DNA from: an uncultured Planctomycetaceae bacterium
GTDB taxonomy: Bacteria > Planctomycetota > Planctomycetia > Planctomycetales > Planctomycetaceae
NCBI GenBank assembly: GCA_963844315.1
Contig: CAWJOC010000035.1
Coordinates: 33,152-97,151, forward strand
Length of the DNA: 64,000 bases
Direction of reading: 5' to 3'
Of this stretch, positions 1 to 9,780 are shown in pieces (positions within the stretch are counted from its first letter, which is position 1; each line of letters begins with the position of its first letter). The translations under genes were made by a program, and so were the position numbers. The notes under the pieces were generated by a model. That model saw only the letters and a list, made by a program, of their open reading frames with translations, had not been told where the DNA came from and ran no database searches.

Positions 1-705
1 CCAGACCGAGGCCAATAGCCTTCCCCACCAAAGCCAGCGCTCGATTTCCAACTCGAGTTTCTCTGCTTGAACCTGCGCCTCGGAAACCCGGTTTTCCAAA
101 AGTCCGATTCGGTCGTCCAAGGAGTCGACGACCTCGAGCACGTGAACCACTTCTTCGGTCGCATGCTGGATGGTTTGTTCGAGCTGCGCTTTGTTCTCTG
201 ATTCCTTGAATTGCTGCCGGATTTCGTCAACGGAATCCACGAGACGCGACACGTTTTCGTGCAGCAGTTCAAGTTGCTTGAGCAACTCGTTGATCGGCGC
301 GGATTCGGATTTGCCCCCGAACGGGTGGGCCAATCGCTGGGCGCTTTGCGCCCGCTCAAGGAACGACTTGGCAAGATCGAGGCCATCCCGAGCCTGGTCC
401 AGGCGGGCCGAGATCAGCTCTGCCCGTTGCCCCGCGTGGACGGGGTCGTGATTCTCCGCCGTCACCCATTCTTTCAGATGGGTTCGAAAAGTCGCCGTCA
501 ACTCGCTCGCCGTGCGAACGCGTTCCCTGGTGATCGCAATTCGGCCTTTCACTTGATCGAGAGATGAGGCGATTTCCCGATGAATTTCCTGGATCGTTCC
601 CTCCCAACGGGGATAGCTCGCCCAGACGGCAACGAGAGCCATCAGGCAAAGAACAATGCCCAGGACGCCAAGCAGGATCCCGATGAGGCGAGCAAATCGT
701 TTCAA
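1..705 (-). CDS. membrane-anchored coiled-coil protein; C-terminus lies beyond the window edge
   Basis: Absent from the ORF track because it runs off the edge. The minus frame is open from TTG at 705, preceded by AAGGAGG. N-terminus LKRFARLIGILLGVLGIVLCLMALVAVW is a TM helix, followed by Q/E/L-rich heptad-like sequence to base 1. Confidence 0.55.
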   Translation of the reverse strand, partial: MKRFARLIGILLGVLGIVLCLMALVAVWASYPRWEGTIQEIHREIASSLDQVKGRIAITRERVRTASELTATFRTHLKEWVTAENHDPVHAGQRAELISARLDQARDGLDLAKSFLERAQSAQRLAHPFGGKSESAPINELLKQLELLHENVSRLVDSVDEIRQQFKESENKAQLEQTIQHATEEVVHVLEVVDSLDDRIGLLENRVSEAQVQAEKLELEIERWLWWGRLLASVW

Positions 706-846
706 AGAATCCTCCTTGGTCTGGGAAAGACAAAACCAGATCAGGGGAGTTGGCGAAGAGACTGGCTTGCGATTCCGGTCAAGCCCTCGACAAACGGTTC
801 CTCATGGTTGCAATTTGCGTAGTGGTCCACGTTGAAATTCCGGCCC

Positions 847-1053
847 CTAGAGTTCATCGCGCCACCATTCCAACACCCTCTCCGCTGTCCGGTACAACCA
901 CATTCCCGCCATCCACGTAATCGCCGCGAAAACGACAAAGCATGCGACCCATCCTTGCCAGTCGTTCCGGTCCAGGAACGGCACAGCGAGGACAAGGGAT
1001 GCGATCGCGATGAGGAATATGGCATAGTTGCGAGTCATCAATGGTTCGGCCAT
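847..1053 (-). CDS. small two-helix membrane protein, unknown family
   Basis: 68-aa ORF with two hydrophobic stretches (YAIFLIAIASLVLAV, VACFVVFAAITWMAGMW). Same strand as its neighbours. Confidence 0.5.
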   Translation of the reverse strand: MAEPLMTRNYAIFLIAIASLVLAVPFLDRNDWQGWVACFVVFAAITWMAGMWLYRTAERVLEWWRDEL

Positions 1054-1133
1054 GCCGGAATTATACCAATGAAAAAGTCCACGGTGTCTGCCGGGGTGTA
1101 GGCCACACCTGAAAGCGCCGGATGATGCCAGTT

Positions 1134-1973
1134 TTACTCCCCCACCGCTTTCTTGTGGGCTTCCACCTGCACCCGCACATATTCCACCTGACCGCCGCCG
1201 ATGCGTTCAATGTTGTCGGACAGGTCATGCCCGCCGCCCAGGATGAGCACCGCCACGGAGGATTCTGCGGCCAACACATTTCGCACGATGGCATCTTCGC
1301 GGCGTTCGATTGCCGCTTCGTCGTATTGAACCTTTCCGTCTTTCACCGGATTGGCCGCTTTCATCGCCTCGGCATCCTCGGCGGGAAGGACCTCCAATTC
1401 CCCGGCCATCATCAACCGACCGCCCGCACCGACTTCGAGCGTGTCAAGACGGTGCATGTCCGTCAGAAACATATCAAGCAGGCCGTCGCCGTCTGGCTTT
1501 TTCCACCGGGCCAGTTGGCCGAGCAGTTTCCTAAACGCGGGCATTTCGTCCTGGGCAATTCCTTCGAGGAACACGGCGTTCAACCCGTGGGATTTCACCA
1601 GCGAACGCCGCAGGGCCATCTGCTCGACCTGGACGGCTTCCACGTCGGCAAGGAAGGCTTCATACTTTTCGGCAACCTTTTCGGGAACAGGCTCCAAGTT
1701 GGGCGGTTGCAGGATCTGTTCCGGCGTCAATGGTGGCAAGTCCTCTGCCGTGCGCAGGTCCGCCTCGAAATCGAAGAAAGAGACGAAGTGCCAGTTGAGA
1801 ATGTGGATGATTTGCCGTTTGCGTTCCTTCGACGCCGGGGATTCTTTCATGGCAACGACGTGCGGAAGGGCTTTCACGGTTTTAACATCGAGGAACGCAG
1901 ACGGCCGCGCCGGAACGGCCTGTGCAGAAGCCGAACAGGGGGCCAGAAGCAAGATCAAGAAAAGAACTCTCAT
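1134..1973 (-). CDS. secreted hypothetical protein
   Basis: ORF 1134..1991 trimmed to Met7 (MRVLFLILLLAPCSASA signal peptide). Its ATG overlaps the upstream SRAP stop as ATGA. Confidence 0.7.
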   Translation of the reverse strand: MRVLFLILLLAPCSASAQAVPARPSAFLDVKTVKALPHVVAMKESPASKERKRQIIHILNWHFVSFFDFEADLRTAEDLPPLTPEQILQPPNLEPVPEKVAEKYEAFLADVEAVQVEQMALRRSLVKSHGLNAVFLEGIAQDEMPAFRKLLGQLARWKKPDGDGLLDMFLTDMHRLDTLEVGAGGRLMMAGELEVLPAEDAEAMKAANPVKDGKVQYDEAAIERREDAIVRNVLAAESSVAVLILGGGHDLSDNIERIGGGQVEYVRVQVEAHKKAVGE

Positions 1974-2644
1974 GCGATTCTTTCGAGGCACTTGGGGGAT
2001 TCGTTTCGCGGATTGTTGACGAGGACCGACACCGGAAAGGCTTCGAGCAAGTTCGGATCGCAGGGACGGAGCAACTCCTTGAGCGCGGCTTTGTCCTTGA
2101 ACTCGGTGTCCAGCCAGGTGGGGAAATCATCGGCGGTGAGGATCACCGGCATCCGGTCGTGAAGGGGCTTCATCAATTCATTCGGGGTTGTGGTGATGAT
2201 CGTGCAGGATTGGACCACTTCGCCCTCGCCCTTCCACGATTCCCAAAGGCCCGCGAAGGCGAACGGTTCATCGTCCCGGCGATGGATGAAATACGGCTGT
2301 TTCTTTCCGCCCGCGAGCTTCTGCCATTCGTAAAACCCATCGGTCAGAATCAGACATCGCCTCTTGGTGAAGGCACTGCGGAACGAGGGCTTTTCCGCGA
2401 CGGTCTCCGCGCGGGCATTGATGGTTTGGTTTCCGATCTTGGTGTCCTTGGCCCAGGACGGGATCAGCCCCCAACGTAGCATGACCAGTTCCCGCTGGTC
2501 GGCCTCATTACTATGCCGCACCGCCGCCACGTCTTGCGTGGGGGCGATGTTGAAGCGTTGCGGAAGATCAACGCCGCCGACCACGACGTCGAAGGTCATC
2601 GCAATTTGAGTGAGATTGGACCTGAGCGTAAATCGTCCACACAC
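1970..2644 (-). CDS. yedK: SOS-response-associated peptidase (SRAP/YedK family), abasic-site crosslinking protein
   Basis: ORF 1970..2944 trimmed to the internal GTG at 2644, giving (M)CGRFTL with the catalytic Cys at position 2. Also has the INARAET and HDRMPVIL motifs typical of SRAP. Confidence 0.85.
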   Translation of the reverse strand: MCGRFTLRSNLTQIAMTFDVVVGGVDLPQRFNIAPTQDVAAVRHSNEADQRELVMLRWGLIPSWAKDTKIGNQTINARAETVAEKPSFRSAFTKRRCLILTDGFYEWQKLAGGKKQPYFIHRRDDEPFAFAGLWESWKGEGEVVQSCTIITTTPNELMKPLHDRMPVILTADDFPTWLDTEFKDKAALKELLRPCDPNLLEAFPVSVLVNNPRNESPKCLERIA

Positions 2645-2696
2645 AGGATGGGTTCCTCTGCAAATGGGGATGGTATCAATACCTCTATATGCCGAC

Positions 2697-3023
2697 TCAT
2701 TGACGCAATCGGTACCTATGCGTGATGTAAAGTGCCGCTTTGATCGCACCGGAATGCTCAGGGGGAAAATCGACGTCGACAAAGATCCGTTCACCAATGG
2801 GGTTTCGCGCCAACCGGAAACGGATTTTGTAGTCGCCTTCAAACTCGAACTCAAACCAGTTCCCCGTCTCAATGTCGGTGAGAACGATGCCCACCAGAAT
2901 GGCATCACGGTTCCACTCCCACCATTCCTCCCGGCTGGCGCCACAGAGTTCCGTGAAGATTTCCATTAACGGAATGAGGTTTTCGTCGGGAATGACATGG
3001 CAATCTGAGGGGTTCAAAATCAT
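2697..3023 (-). CDS. hypothetical 108-aa acidic protein, first gene of the SRAP operon
   Basis: ATG-start ORF 53 bp upstream of the SRAP start on the same strand. No recognisable motif. Confidence 0.55.
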   Translation of the reverse strand: MILNPSDCHVIPDENLIPLMEIFTELCGASREEWWEWNRDAILVGIVLTDIETGNWFEFEFEGDYKIRFRLARNPIGERIFVDVDFPPEHSGAIKAALYITHRYRLRQ

Positions 3024-3367
3024 GCTCCTTTACTTCTGTCGGATTCACGCCAACGGAACTGAGCAGCGGAATTGGGTTTCAGCTTCCTGTTGAAGGATAC
3101 CCGAGTGCCGGGCGGATTTCTTCTAAGGCAAAAAGGCGGGCATACGGCCAGGGTCAAAACAAGAATCCCATTGCCATGAAACCTGACAGGATTGTCACGG
3201 ACCAAAGCGGAGAGGGTCGGGCTACAAACCGGACTGCGCAGGCGATGGACATTTCTTGGCTCTTGAGTTCATAGAGATCGTTGACAAGCCCAAGAAAGGC
3301 CGGATGATAAATCCCACTTGATACATGCCAAAAACACTGGCTCTTCCCAATCAGGCTTATTGGCGCG

Positions 3368-4336
3368 GTGGAGTCTCCCTTTATGCCGCAGGAAATTCGG
3401 ATCGAGCCGCCTTCCGGCAAACTCGAACGCAACCAGCCGCTCATGGTGCCAATCATCGTCTCCCTCGAAAAGCCTTTGAAAGTGCGAGGGATCCACGCTG
3501 TGTTTTATGGGGCGGAAGAAACACGGGCCGATTACACCACCACCAGCACGGACAGCGACGGCAAGACAACAACCCACACCCATACCGCGGTGGAGCACGT
3601 CCAGATCGCGAAGCAGGAGCGATTATTAGCCGGCCATGAGAAACTGGGCTGTCTTGGGAATCTTAAAGATGCCTTGGCTGCGATGGTGGGACTGGGCCGG
3701 CACCAGGTTTTGGAAGCGGGAGAACATGCGTTCGAGATGGAAGTTTTCATTCCGGCAGGAGCGCCTCCCTCGCACCAGGGCCAAAAGACCCGTGTATTCT
3801 ACGAATTGTCGGTCCAGGTCGATATTCCGTTGGGATTTGACCTAAAGGCCGTCCATGCCTTTTCTCTGGATCCCGCCGCCACGACAAGGGAACCCCAACC
3901 GGTCCGTACTCAATATCCTGGCGAAGCAAGCCGGGGGCTGATTGATTCGCTTTTCAGTCCCGATGTCGAATTGGAAATGGCCCTGGCGAAGGATTCCGCC
4001 CGACTGGGGGAAACGATCGAGGGCATTTTTCGCGTGGAGACACAAAAGCCGCTCAAATGCCGCGGCATTTCCGTGCGGCTGATTGGTGTTGAGCACAGCC
4101 AGGCGCAGGGCCATACCGAGGTCGTGACTCATCAGGAGAAACCCATCGAGCTAAGCCGCCCCGGAGTCATCGAGGGATCGTTTCACGAGAAGTTTTCGCT
4201 TCCGATTCAAACATCAGCTCCCTTAACGGCCAAGGGAGAGCGGTTCTCCATAGATTGGTTCGTCCAAATCGAACTCGATGTCCCCTGGGCGAAGGATCCG
4301 AAGGTCAGAACCCCGATCCACCTATTGCCGTCCTGA
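3368..4336 (+). CDS. arrestin-fold (Spo0M/arrestin_N-like) two-domain protein
   Basis: 322-aa ORF (alternative ATG at 3383). Two repeated beta-rich halves share the pattern 'short region .. G..I.G.. V/R .. K.RGI.V.L.G.E'. The fold call is pattern-based only. Confidence 0.6.
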   Translation: MESPFMPQEIRIEPPSGKLERNQPLMVPIIVSLEKPLKVRGIHAVFYGAEETRADYTTTSTDSDGKTTTHTHTAVEHVQIAKQERLLAGHEKLGCLGNLKDALAAMVGLGRHQVLEAGEHAFEMEVFIPAGAPPSHQGQKTRVFYELSVQVDIPLGFDLKAVHAFSLDPAATTREPQPVRTQYPGEASRGLIDSLFSPDVELEMALAKDSARLGETIEGIFRVETQKPLKCRGISVRLIGVEHSQAQGHTEVVTHQEKPIELSRPGVIEGSFHEKFSLPIQTSAPLTAKGERFSIDWFVQIELDVPWAKDPKVRTPIHLLPS

Positions 4337-4375
4337 CTGATTTGCTGGAGATGACGGATTAAGCCTTTGGGACTG

Positions 4376-6221
4376 CTAGTCCTTAAACAAGCGTATTTCG
4401 GCTGATAGACAGACCGGTTTTCGTGGCGCAGCGGCCGGCGAGCGGCCTGTTCGCCGTTGGTGGTTTTCAAGTTTTATGTCAGTCATCGGCAGTAGGCTTT
4501 CGGGGGCTTGGCGGTGAATGCGGTACCGAAGCATCCGGACTTCGGCTTCTTGGAAGGGGCGAGTCAGGACAACAGAGGCTGGCTCACGCACTCGTGCAGT
4601 TGGAACAGAGTCTTGAGACCCGGGGACCAGGCCAACAGGCGATAGATCAATCGCCTTGCGCCGCGAATGATCTGCGTGGGAATCTGGATCAGCGTTTGAC
4701 GAAACGTGCTGAAATCCATCCGGAGCATTCGATGCTTCTCGGCCCGGCGTTGGGCTTTGGCTTTTGGGGGACCGGTCTCCGTCAGCGACAGCGCCAACCA
4801 GGCTTTGAGATTCCAGGCCAAACTGGCCATCACCATGTAAGCCCCGTTGCTCGTCAGTGTGTAAAGCGGCGCCGAGAGCGCGCCCATCTGTTTGAGTTGG
4901 CTGACGATGTTCTCCTGATCGCAGCGCTGGTTGGACTCGCCCACGATGGCCTCGGTGGCGAGATCCTCGCTCTGGATATTCGTGATGTAGAAAAAGTAAG
5001 GCGAGTCGTCGAATAGTTTCTGTTGGCCCTTCGTCACCGCGATGTGTTTTCTGAGCACCACCATGCGATAGGTGTGGCCGCACAAGGTGGGACGGTAGTC
5101 GAACTCGGCCACGAACTCCTGCTCCAGGCGTTTGTTCGTGTACTCCTTTTCGATCACGATTTGCTGCTTGGTGTTCGGCCTTTTCGCGCGGGGCTTTGTG
5201 GTCGTCCGCTGCTTCCGCTTCAGCTCTTTCCAAGCGGATTTCGGCAGATTATCGGCGATTTCCACCAAGTTCGGCATCGAATCCATGCCGAACACAAATT
5301 CGACGCCGTCCGCGTGCCAGCGATCCAGATGCCCCGTTTGCGAGAAGTCCGTGTCGCCCCGGAGGCGAATTTTGCGAAAGCCGCCTTGACGGCACAGATC
5401 AATCGAGAGATCGAAGTAAATCCATGCATCCTCGTGCGAGGGCCGATTGCCGGAACGATTCGCGAGGTACAGAACTTCGCGTGTGTTGGCCAGCGTCATG
5501 GCCAGAGGATGATAGCCCCACTGGCTTTTATAGTTCATGCCGAGACATTGCTTGCGTTCGCCGTAGGTCTCGACCATCGTGCCGTCGCCTTCAATGATGG
5601 CCAGGTCAAAGAACGAATCCGGCTGTTGCTTCCAGACCTTGAGCCGGGCTTCATGAAACGCTTCCGAGAGCAGAAAGATGTCCCAGTTGCTAAACCGCCG
5701 ACAGAAATCTCCCGCGGTGGTCGGGTCGGGAATCCGCTCGGCTCCCAAGGCATTGAGATAGGCCTCATCCTGACGACGAAGTTCGAGATGCTCCAGGCAC
5801 GTGCCACCGGCCAACAGGTTATAGGCGATGTTGAGCACATGATCGGCTTCACTATAAGGCAGCCGCACTTTGAAAATCGGACAGCGGCGATTGATGGACT
5901 CGGCCAGATCAAGCTGCTTGACCAACTGCCCAATGACACCCAGTCCGCCGGGCGTCATCGCCTGCACGCGATCCGCCAGTTCATACTGAATCGAAGGCGG
6001 ATCAATCATGGGCGACTGCCCGCTCCAGTTGGCCTTGTCAATTCGGTGCATGACCCGACGCTCGCGTCGCGACAGCTTTTGTTGTATGTTCGTCTTCACT
6101 CGAAAACCTCCTGTTGCGCGGTGTGGATTGGACTTCAACACTCAAGAAACACCGCAAAACCCAGGAGGTTTTCGTCTTTTCGCCTTCTTCAACTGGGAAA
6201 TCACGCTTGATTAAGGGCTAG
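4376..6221 (-). mobile_element. IS1380-family insertion sequence, apparently intact
   Basis: Terminal inverted repeats CTAGTCCTTAAACAAGCGTATTTC (left) and, reverse-complemented, CTAGCCCTTAATCAAGCGTGATTTC (right). CTAG at both ends may be a 4-bp target duplication. A single 525-aa DDE transposase lies inside. Confidence 0.8.
4564..6141 (-). CDS. IS1380-family DDE transposase
   Basis: 525-aa uninterrupted ORF. Layout and motifs resemble ISEcp1-type transposases (GMNYKSQWGYHPL, RLRGDTDF, YFFYITN, NQRCDQENIVSQLK). Confidence 0.9.
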   Translation of the reverse strand: MLKSNPHRATGGFRVKTNIQQKLSRRERRVMHRIDKANWSGQSPMIDPPSIQYELADRVQAMTPGGLGVIGQLVKQLDLAESINRRCPIFKVRLPYSEADHVLNIAYNLLAGGTCLEHLELRRQDEAYLNALGAERIPDPTTAGDFCRRFSNWDIFLLSEAFHEARLKVWKQQPDSFFDLAIIEGDGTMVETYGERKQCLGMNYKSQWGYHPLAMTLANTREVLYLANRSGNRPSHEDAWIYFDLSIDLCRQGGFRKIRLRGDTDFSQTGHLDRWHADGVEFVFGMDSMPNLVEIADNLPKSAWKELKRKQRTTTKPRAKRPNTKQQIVIEKEYTNKRLEQEFVAEFDYRPTLCGHTYRMVVLRKHIAVTKGQQKLFDDSPYFFYITNIQSEDLATEAIVGESNQRCDQENIVSQLKQMGALSAPLYTLTSNGAYMVMASLAWNLKAWLALSLTETGPPKAKAQRRAEKHRMLRMDFSTFRQTLIQIPTQIIRGARRLIYRLLAWSPGLKTLFQLHECVSQPLLS

Positions 6222-6440
6222 TTCAAATACCGTTCTCTGTCGAGATCCCGCCAAGCCGACAGGATCAGGGGCGAGCCCGTCGTTCGAGTCCATTGCGAGT
6301 CATACGCTATGCCTGGATAAAAAATGGGCTTGCAAGAAGCGAGAAGCCGAAGTGATGTTCCGTTCGCCAAGTCCTCAGTCGCCTTATACAATCGGCGCAG
6401 AGGCGAATTAGGCTCAAATGGCAAAGTCGGGAGCGAGCAC

Positions 6441-8033
6441 ATGCGGCTTGGGATTTCTGGCCTGGGACTGGTCTTGGGCATTGTCTTCGCTGGGTCAGAT
6501 TCCGTGGTCGCTCAGGGATTATCTCCCCAAGAAGCCGTCGCGCGGATGGAGGTCGCTGATGGCTTCGAGGTGAAACTGATAGCTTCGGAACCCTTGGTCC
6601 GTCAGCCAGTCGCGATGGAATTTGATGATCGGGGTCGGCTGTGGGTGATCCAGTATCTGCAATATCCCAATCCCGAAGGTCTCACGCGGGTGACGGTCGA
6701 TCAGTTTTCGCGGACGAAGTACGATCACGTCCCAATGCCTCCGCCTCACGGCCCGAAAGGGGCTGACCGGATCACGATCCTTGAGGACACGAACGACGAT
6801 GGCGTAATGGACCAGGGTCGGGATTTCGTCAATGGGCTGAATTTGGCGACGGGACTGGCCTTCGGGCACGGTGGCGTGTTCGTACTGAATGTGCCTTATC
6901 TCCTCTTTTATCCCGACCAGAACCGCGATGATGTTCCGGATGGCGAACCCGAAGTCCTTCTGAGCGGGTTCGGGATGGAGGATGCCCATAGCGTGGCCAA
7001 TTCGCTGACATGGGGACCGGATGGTTGGCTTTATGGCTGCCAGGGCAGCACCGTCACCGCCAACATCCGCGAGATCGAGTTTCAACAGGGCGTTTGGCGG
7101 TATCACCCCATGACGCGAGCCTTTGAACTGTTCTGCGAAGGCGGGGGTAATTCCTGGGGACTGGATTTCGACAGCACGGGCCGGCTGTTTTACAGCACGA
7201 ACTTCGGAGGATACGTGCTGCTTCACGGCGTGCAAGGCGGCTACTTCGTGAAGTCCTTCGGCAAGCACGGAGCACTCCACAATCCCCACGCCTATGGCTA
7301 TTTCGACCACGCCCTGCACCGAAACTTCCAGGGTGGCCACGTCACCGTCGGCGGCATCGTCTATAGAGGCGATTCATTCCCTCAAAAGTTTCAAGGCACC
7401 TACATTGCGGGGGATCTCTTGGGACATGCGGTGTATTGGCATGCCATCGAGCCTCGCGGTTCGACCGTCCAAACTGCGCATGGCGGCACACTACTCAAGG
7501 CGGATGATCCCTGGTTTGCTCCAACCGACCTCACCTTGGGTCCCGAGGGAGCCATTTATGTTTCCGACTGGCACGATGCCCGCATGGCCCATCCCGATCC
7601 CGATGCCGAGTGGGACCGCTCGAATGGCAGGATTTACCGGATTGCAGCCAAGGGGACGCCAGAACCTCCGGCCATCGACTTTGCGAAACTCTCGTTAAGG
7701 GAACTCAAAGTCCTGCATCGGCCCAAAAGCCAATGGCACGTTCGCAGGGCACGGCAGGAATTCGCCCGGCGCGTCGGCAGTCCGCAAAGCCGCGAGGAAT
7801 CTCAATCCGCCGAACTTGCCGACCTCCGTCAGGAGTTCCGCATCGCTGCGCTCACCAGCCGAGAGGAACTCCCGGCGCTGGAATCCCTGTGGACGCTGAA
7901 TCTCCTCGGTGGTTTCGATGAGGCCACTGCGATGGCGCTCCTCGATCGCCCTCATGCTGCGCTACGCGCCTGGACGGTCCGGCTTCTTGGCGATCGCAGA
8001 ACGCTTTCTCCAACTCTCGCAAACGCGCCTTGA
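6441..8033 (+). CDS. PVC-type membrane-bound dehydrogenase-domain / HEAT / heme-binding protein, fragment 1 of 3 (frameshifted)
   Basis: Start placed at MRLGISGLGLVLGIVFAG (signal peptide, GGGAG upstream). GFEVKLIASEPLVRQPVAMEFDDRGRLWV is typical of this family. The reading frame is lost near 7990. Confidence 0.75.
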   Translation: MRLGISGLGLVLGIVFAGSDSVVAQGLSPQEAVARMEVADGFEVKLIASEPLVRQPVAMEFDDRGRLWVIQYLQYPNPEGLTRVTVDQFSRTKYDHVPMPPPHGPKGADRITILEDTNDDGVMDQGRDFVNGLNLATGLAFGHGGVFVLNVPYLLFYPDQNRDDVPDGEPEVLLSGFGMEDAHSVANSLTWGPDGWLYGCQGSTVTANIREIEFQQGVWRYHPMTRAFELFCEGGGNSWGLDFDSTGRLFYSTNFGGYVLLHGVQGGYFVKSFGKHGALHNPHAYGYFDHALHRNFQGGHVTVGGIVYRGDSFPQKFQGTYIAGDLLGHAVYWHAIEPRGSTVQTAHGGTLLKADDPWFAPTDLTLGPEGAIYVSDWHDARMAHPDPDAEWDRSNGRIYRIAAKGTPEPPAIDFAKLSLRELKVLHRPKSQWHVRRARQEFARRVGSPQSREESQSAELADLRQEFRIAALTSREELPALESLWTLNLLGGFDEATAMALLDRPHAALRAWTVRLLGDRRTLSPTLANAP

Positions 8034-8752
8034 CCAGTTGGCGGAAGAAGAGCCGGACCTTTCGGTCCGCCAGCAACTGGCGTGTAGTGCCGCCCGCATT
8101 CCCGGCCGAACAGGCGTTACCAATCATCAATGCCAACATCCTTCGCGATGAGGATTTCGACGATCCCTATCTGCCGCTGCTTTGGTGGTGGGCGGTGGAA
8201 AAACAGAGCGTAACGGGCCGTGAAGAAGTGCTCCGCCGATTTGTGCGTCCCACGCTTTGGAAGTCGCGCTTGGGCCGAGATGTGCTCTTGCCGCGCTTGG
8301 TCAGGCGCTATGCCGCCGAGCGATCGGGTGCCGGGCTGTCATCGCTGGTCCGGCTTTTGGAATCGGCCCCGCCGGACGAAGCCCAACGTCCCATGTGGCG
8401 GGCAATTCTTGAAGGCTGGCAGGAACAGCCACGTCCCCCACAAGAGGATCGTTGGCGAGAAACCGTCCGGCAGCACGAGTTGACGAGGCTGTTGACGGCG
8501 GCCTGGCAAGCCGACCCATTGAACACGACGCTTCTATCCTTGGGGATCCATTTGCGGCATCCGGAGATTTTGGCCGCGGCCAAGCGCGAGGCGTTTGCTG
8601 CCGACACCCTGGTCACACGCCGTGTCCAACTCCTCGGCCTCTTGGCCCCGGTCGCTGATCCTCCCATCAAGCCTTTGGCACTTGAGTTTCTCCAGGCAGA
8701 TTCACAACCGGAAGCCGTTCAAATCGCAGCGATTGAAATCCTGGCGCTTTGA
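8030..8752 (+). CDS. same protein, HEAT-repeat middle part, fragment 2 of 3
   Basis: Protein-like sequence resumes in another frame (LPLLWWWAVEKQSV...). A further short piece lies in the third frame at about 7990-8100 (QLAEEEPDLSVRQQLA). The 5' limit is arbitrary. Confidence 0.6.
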   Translation: MTSWRKKSRTFRSASNWRVVPPAFPAEQALPIINANILRDEDFDDPYLPLLWWWAVEKQSVTGREEVLRRFVRPTLWKSRLGRDVLLPRLVRRYAAERSGAGLSSLVRLLESAPPDEAQRPMWRAILEGWQEQPRPPQEDRWRETVRQHELTRLLTAAWQADPLNTTLLSLGIHLRHPEILAAAKREAFAADTLVTRRVQLLGLLAPVADPPIKPLALEFLQADSQPEAVQIAAIEILAL

Positions 8753-9476
8753 TGATCCGGATCTTACGAAGCGCCTGATCGAGCAGCTTCAAACGTCGGC
8801 CTCGAAAAAGGTCAAGGCTCAGATTCACGGCGTGCTGCTCTCGCGCCCTTCGTCCGCAAAGGCCTTTCTCGGCAAGGTGGACCAGGGAGACATCGCGGCG
8901 GCTTCCGTACCCTTCGAGGAAATCCGCCGGGCATCGCTCCACGGAAATGCGGAAATTGATTCTCTGGTCACGAAACATTGGGGCAAGCTGCAAGGCGGAA
9001 CGCCGGAAGAGAAACTGGCCGAAGTCCGAAGGCTCAACAACGACCTCCGCGCCACGGCTGGAAACTCCAAGGCGGGGCAGCAACTCTTCAAAAAGCACTG
9101 TGGTTCGTGCCATCAACTGTTCGGCGAAGGGTTGAAAGTCGGGCCGGATTTGACCACGGCCAATCGCCAGGACCGAGACTTTCTGCTCATCAGCCTCGTC
9201 GATCCCAATAGCGTGATCCGAAAAGAGTACGTGAGCCTGGTCGTCCAGACCACGACGGGCCGTATTCTAACCGGGCTACCGATCGAGCGCACCGAAGGGT
9301 CGATTACGCTTGTTGATGCAAAAGGCGAACGGCAAACCGTGGCTGCCGCTGAGATTGAGGAGCTTCACGAGTCGTCCGTCTCGCTGATGCCCGAGAATCT
9401 GTACAAGGAACTGAGGCCCCAAGACCTAAGGGATCTCTTTGCCTACCTGCAATCCGAAACGGCCCGTGGCCACTAA
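8595..9476 (+). CDS. same protein, C-terminal cytochrome c domain, fragment 3 of 3
   Basis: Contains CGSCHQLFGEG (CxxCH heme site) and the SLMPENLY tail. The real coding part starts near 8745. Confidence 0.7.
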   Translation: MLPTPWSHAVSNSSASWPRSLILPSSLWHLSFSRQIHNRKPFKSQRLKSWRFDDPDLTKRLIEQLQTSASKKVKAQIHGVLLSRPSSAKAFLGKVDQGDIAAASVPFEEIRRASLHGNAEIDSLVTKHWGKLQGGTPEEKLAEVRRLNNDLRATAGNSKAGQQLFKKHCGSCHQLFGEGLKVGPDLTTANRQDRDFLLISLVDPNSVIRKEYVSLVVQTTTGRILTGLPIERTEGSITLVDAKGERQTVAAAEIEELHESSVSLMPENLYKELRPQDLRDLFAYLQSETARGH

Positions 9477-9513
9477 CGAATGGCGAAACGTCCAGCATTG
9501 AATTGGCAGAGTT

Positions 9514-9730
9514 ATGATTGAGATCGTCGAAGGTGGCCTGCTCGACCAGGATGTCGAAGTGATCGTTAATGCGTGGAACCGAAACATCTTCCCTTGGTGG
9601 TTACTTCTGCCACAAGGAGTCTCCGGGGCTATCAAACGCCGAGGCGGGTAGCGCCGTTTACGGAAATCGCGAAGCACGACGACATCCCGCTCGGTGGGAC
9701 GGTCCTTATCTGCCTTGCTTCCCTGTTGGG
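9514..9730 (+). pseudogene. macro-domain (ADP-ribose binding/hydrolase) N-terminal remnant
   Basis: MIEIVEGGLLDQDVEVIVNAWN...GVSGAIKRRGG then stop at 9649. It continues in another frame as APFTEIAKHDDIPLGGTVLI, after which the similarity is lost. Confidence 0.45.
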
Positions 9731-9780
9731 CGACGAGCTGATTGACAAAGAGAGTTTGAACTTTCTCCAAGAGGTGAGTT

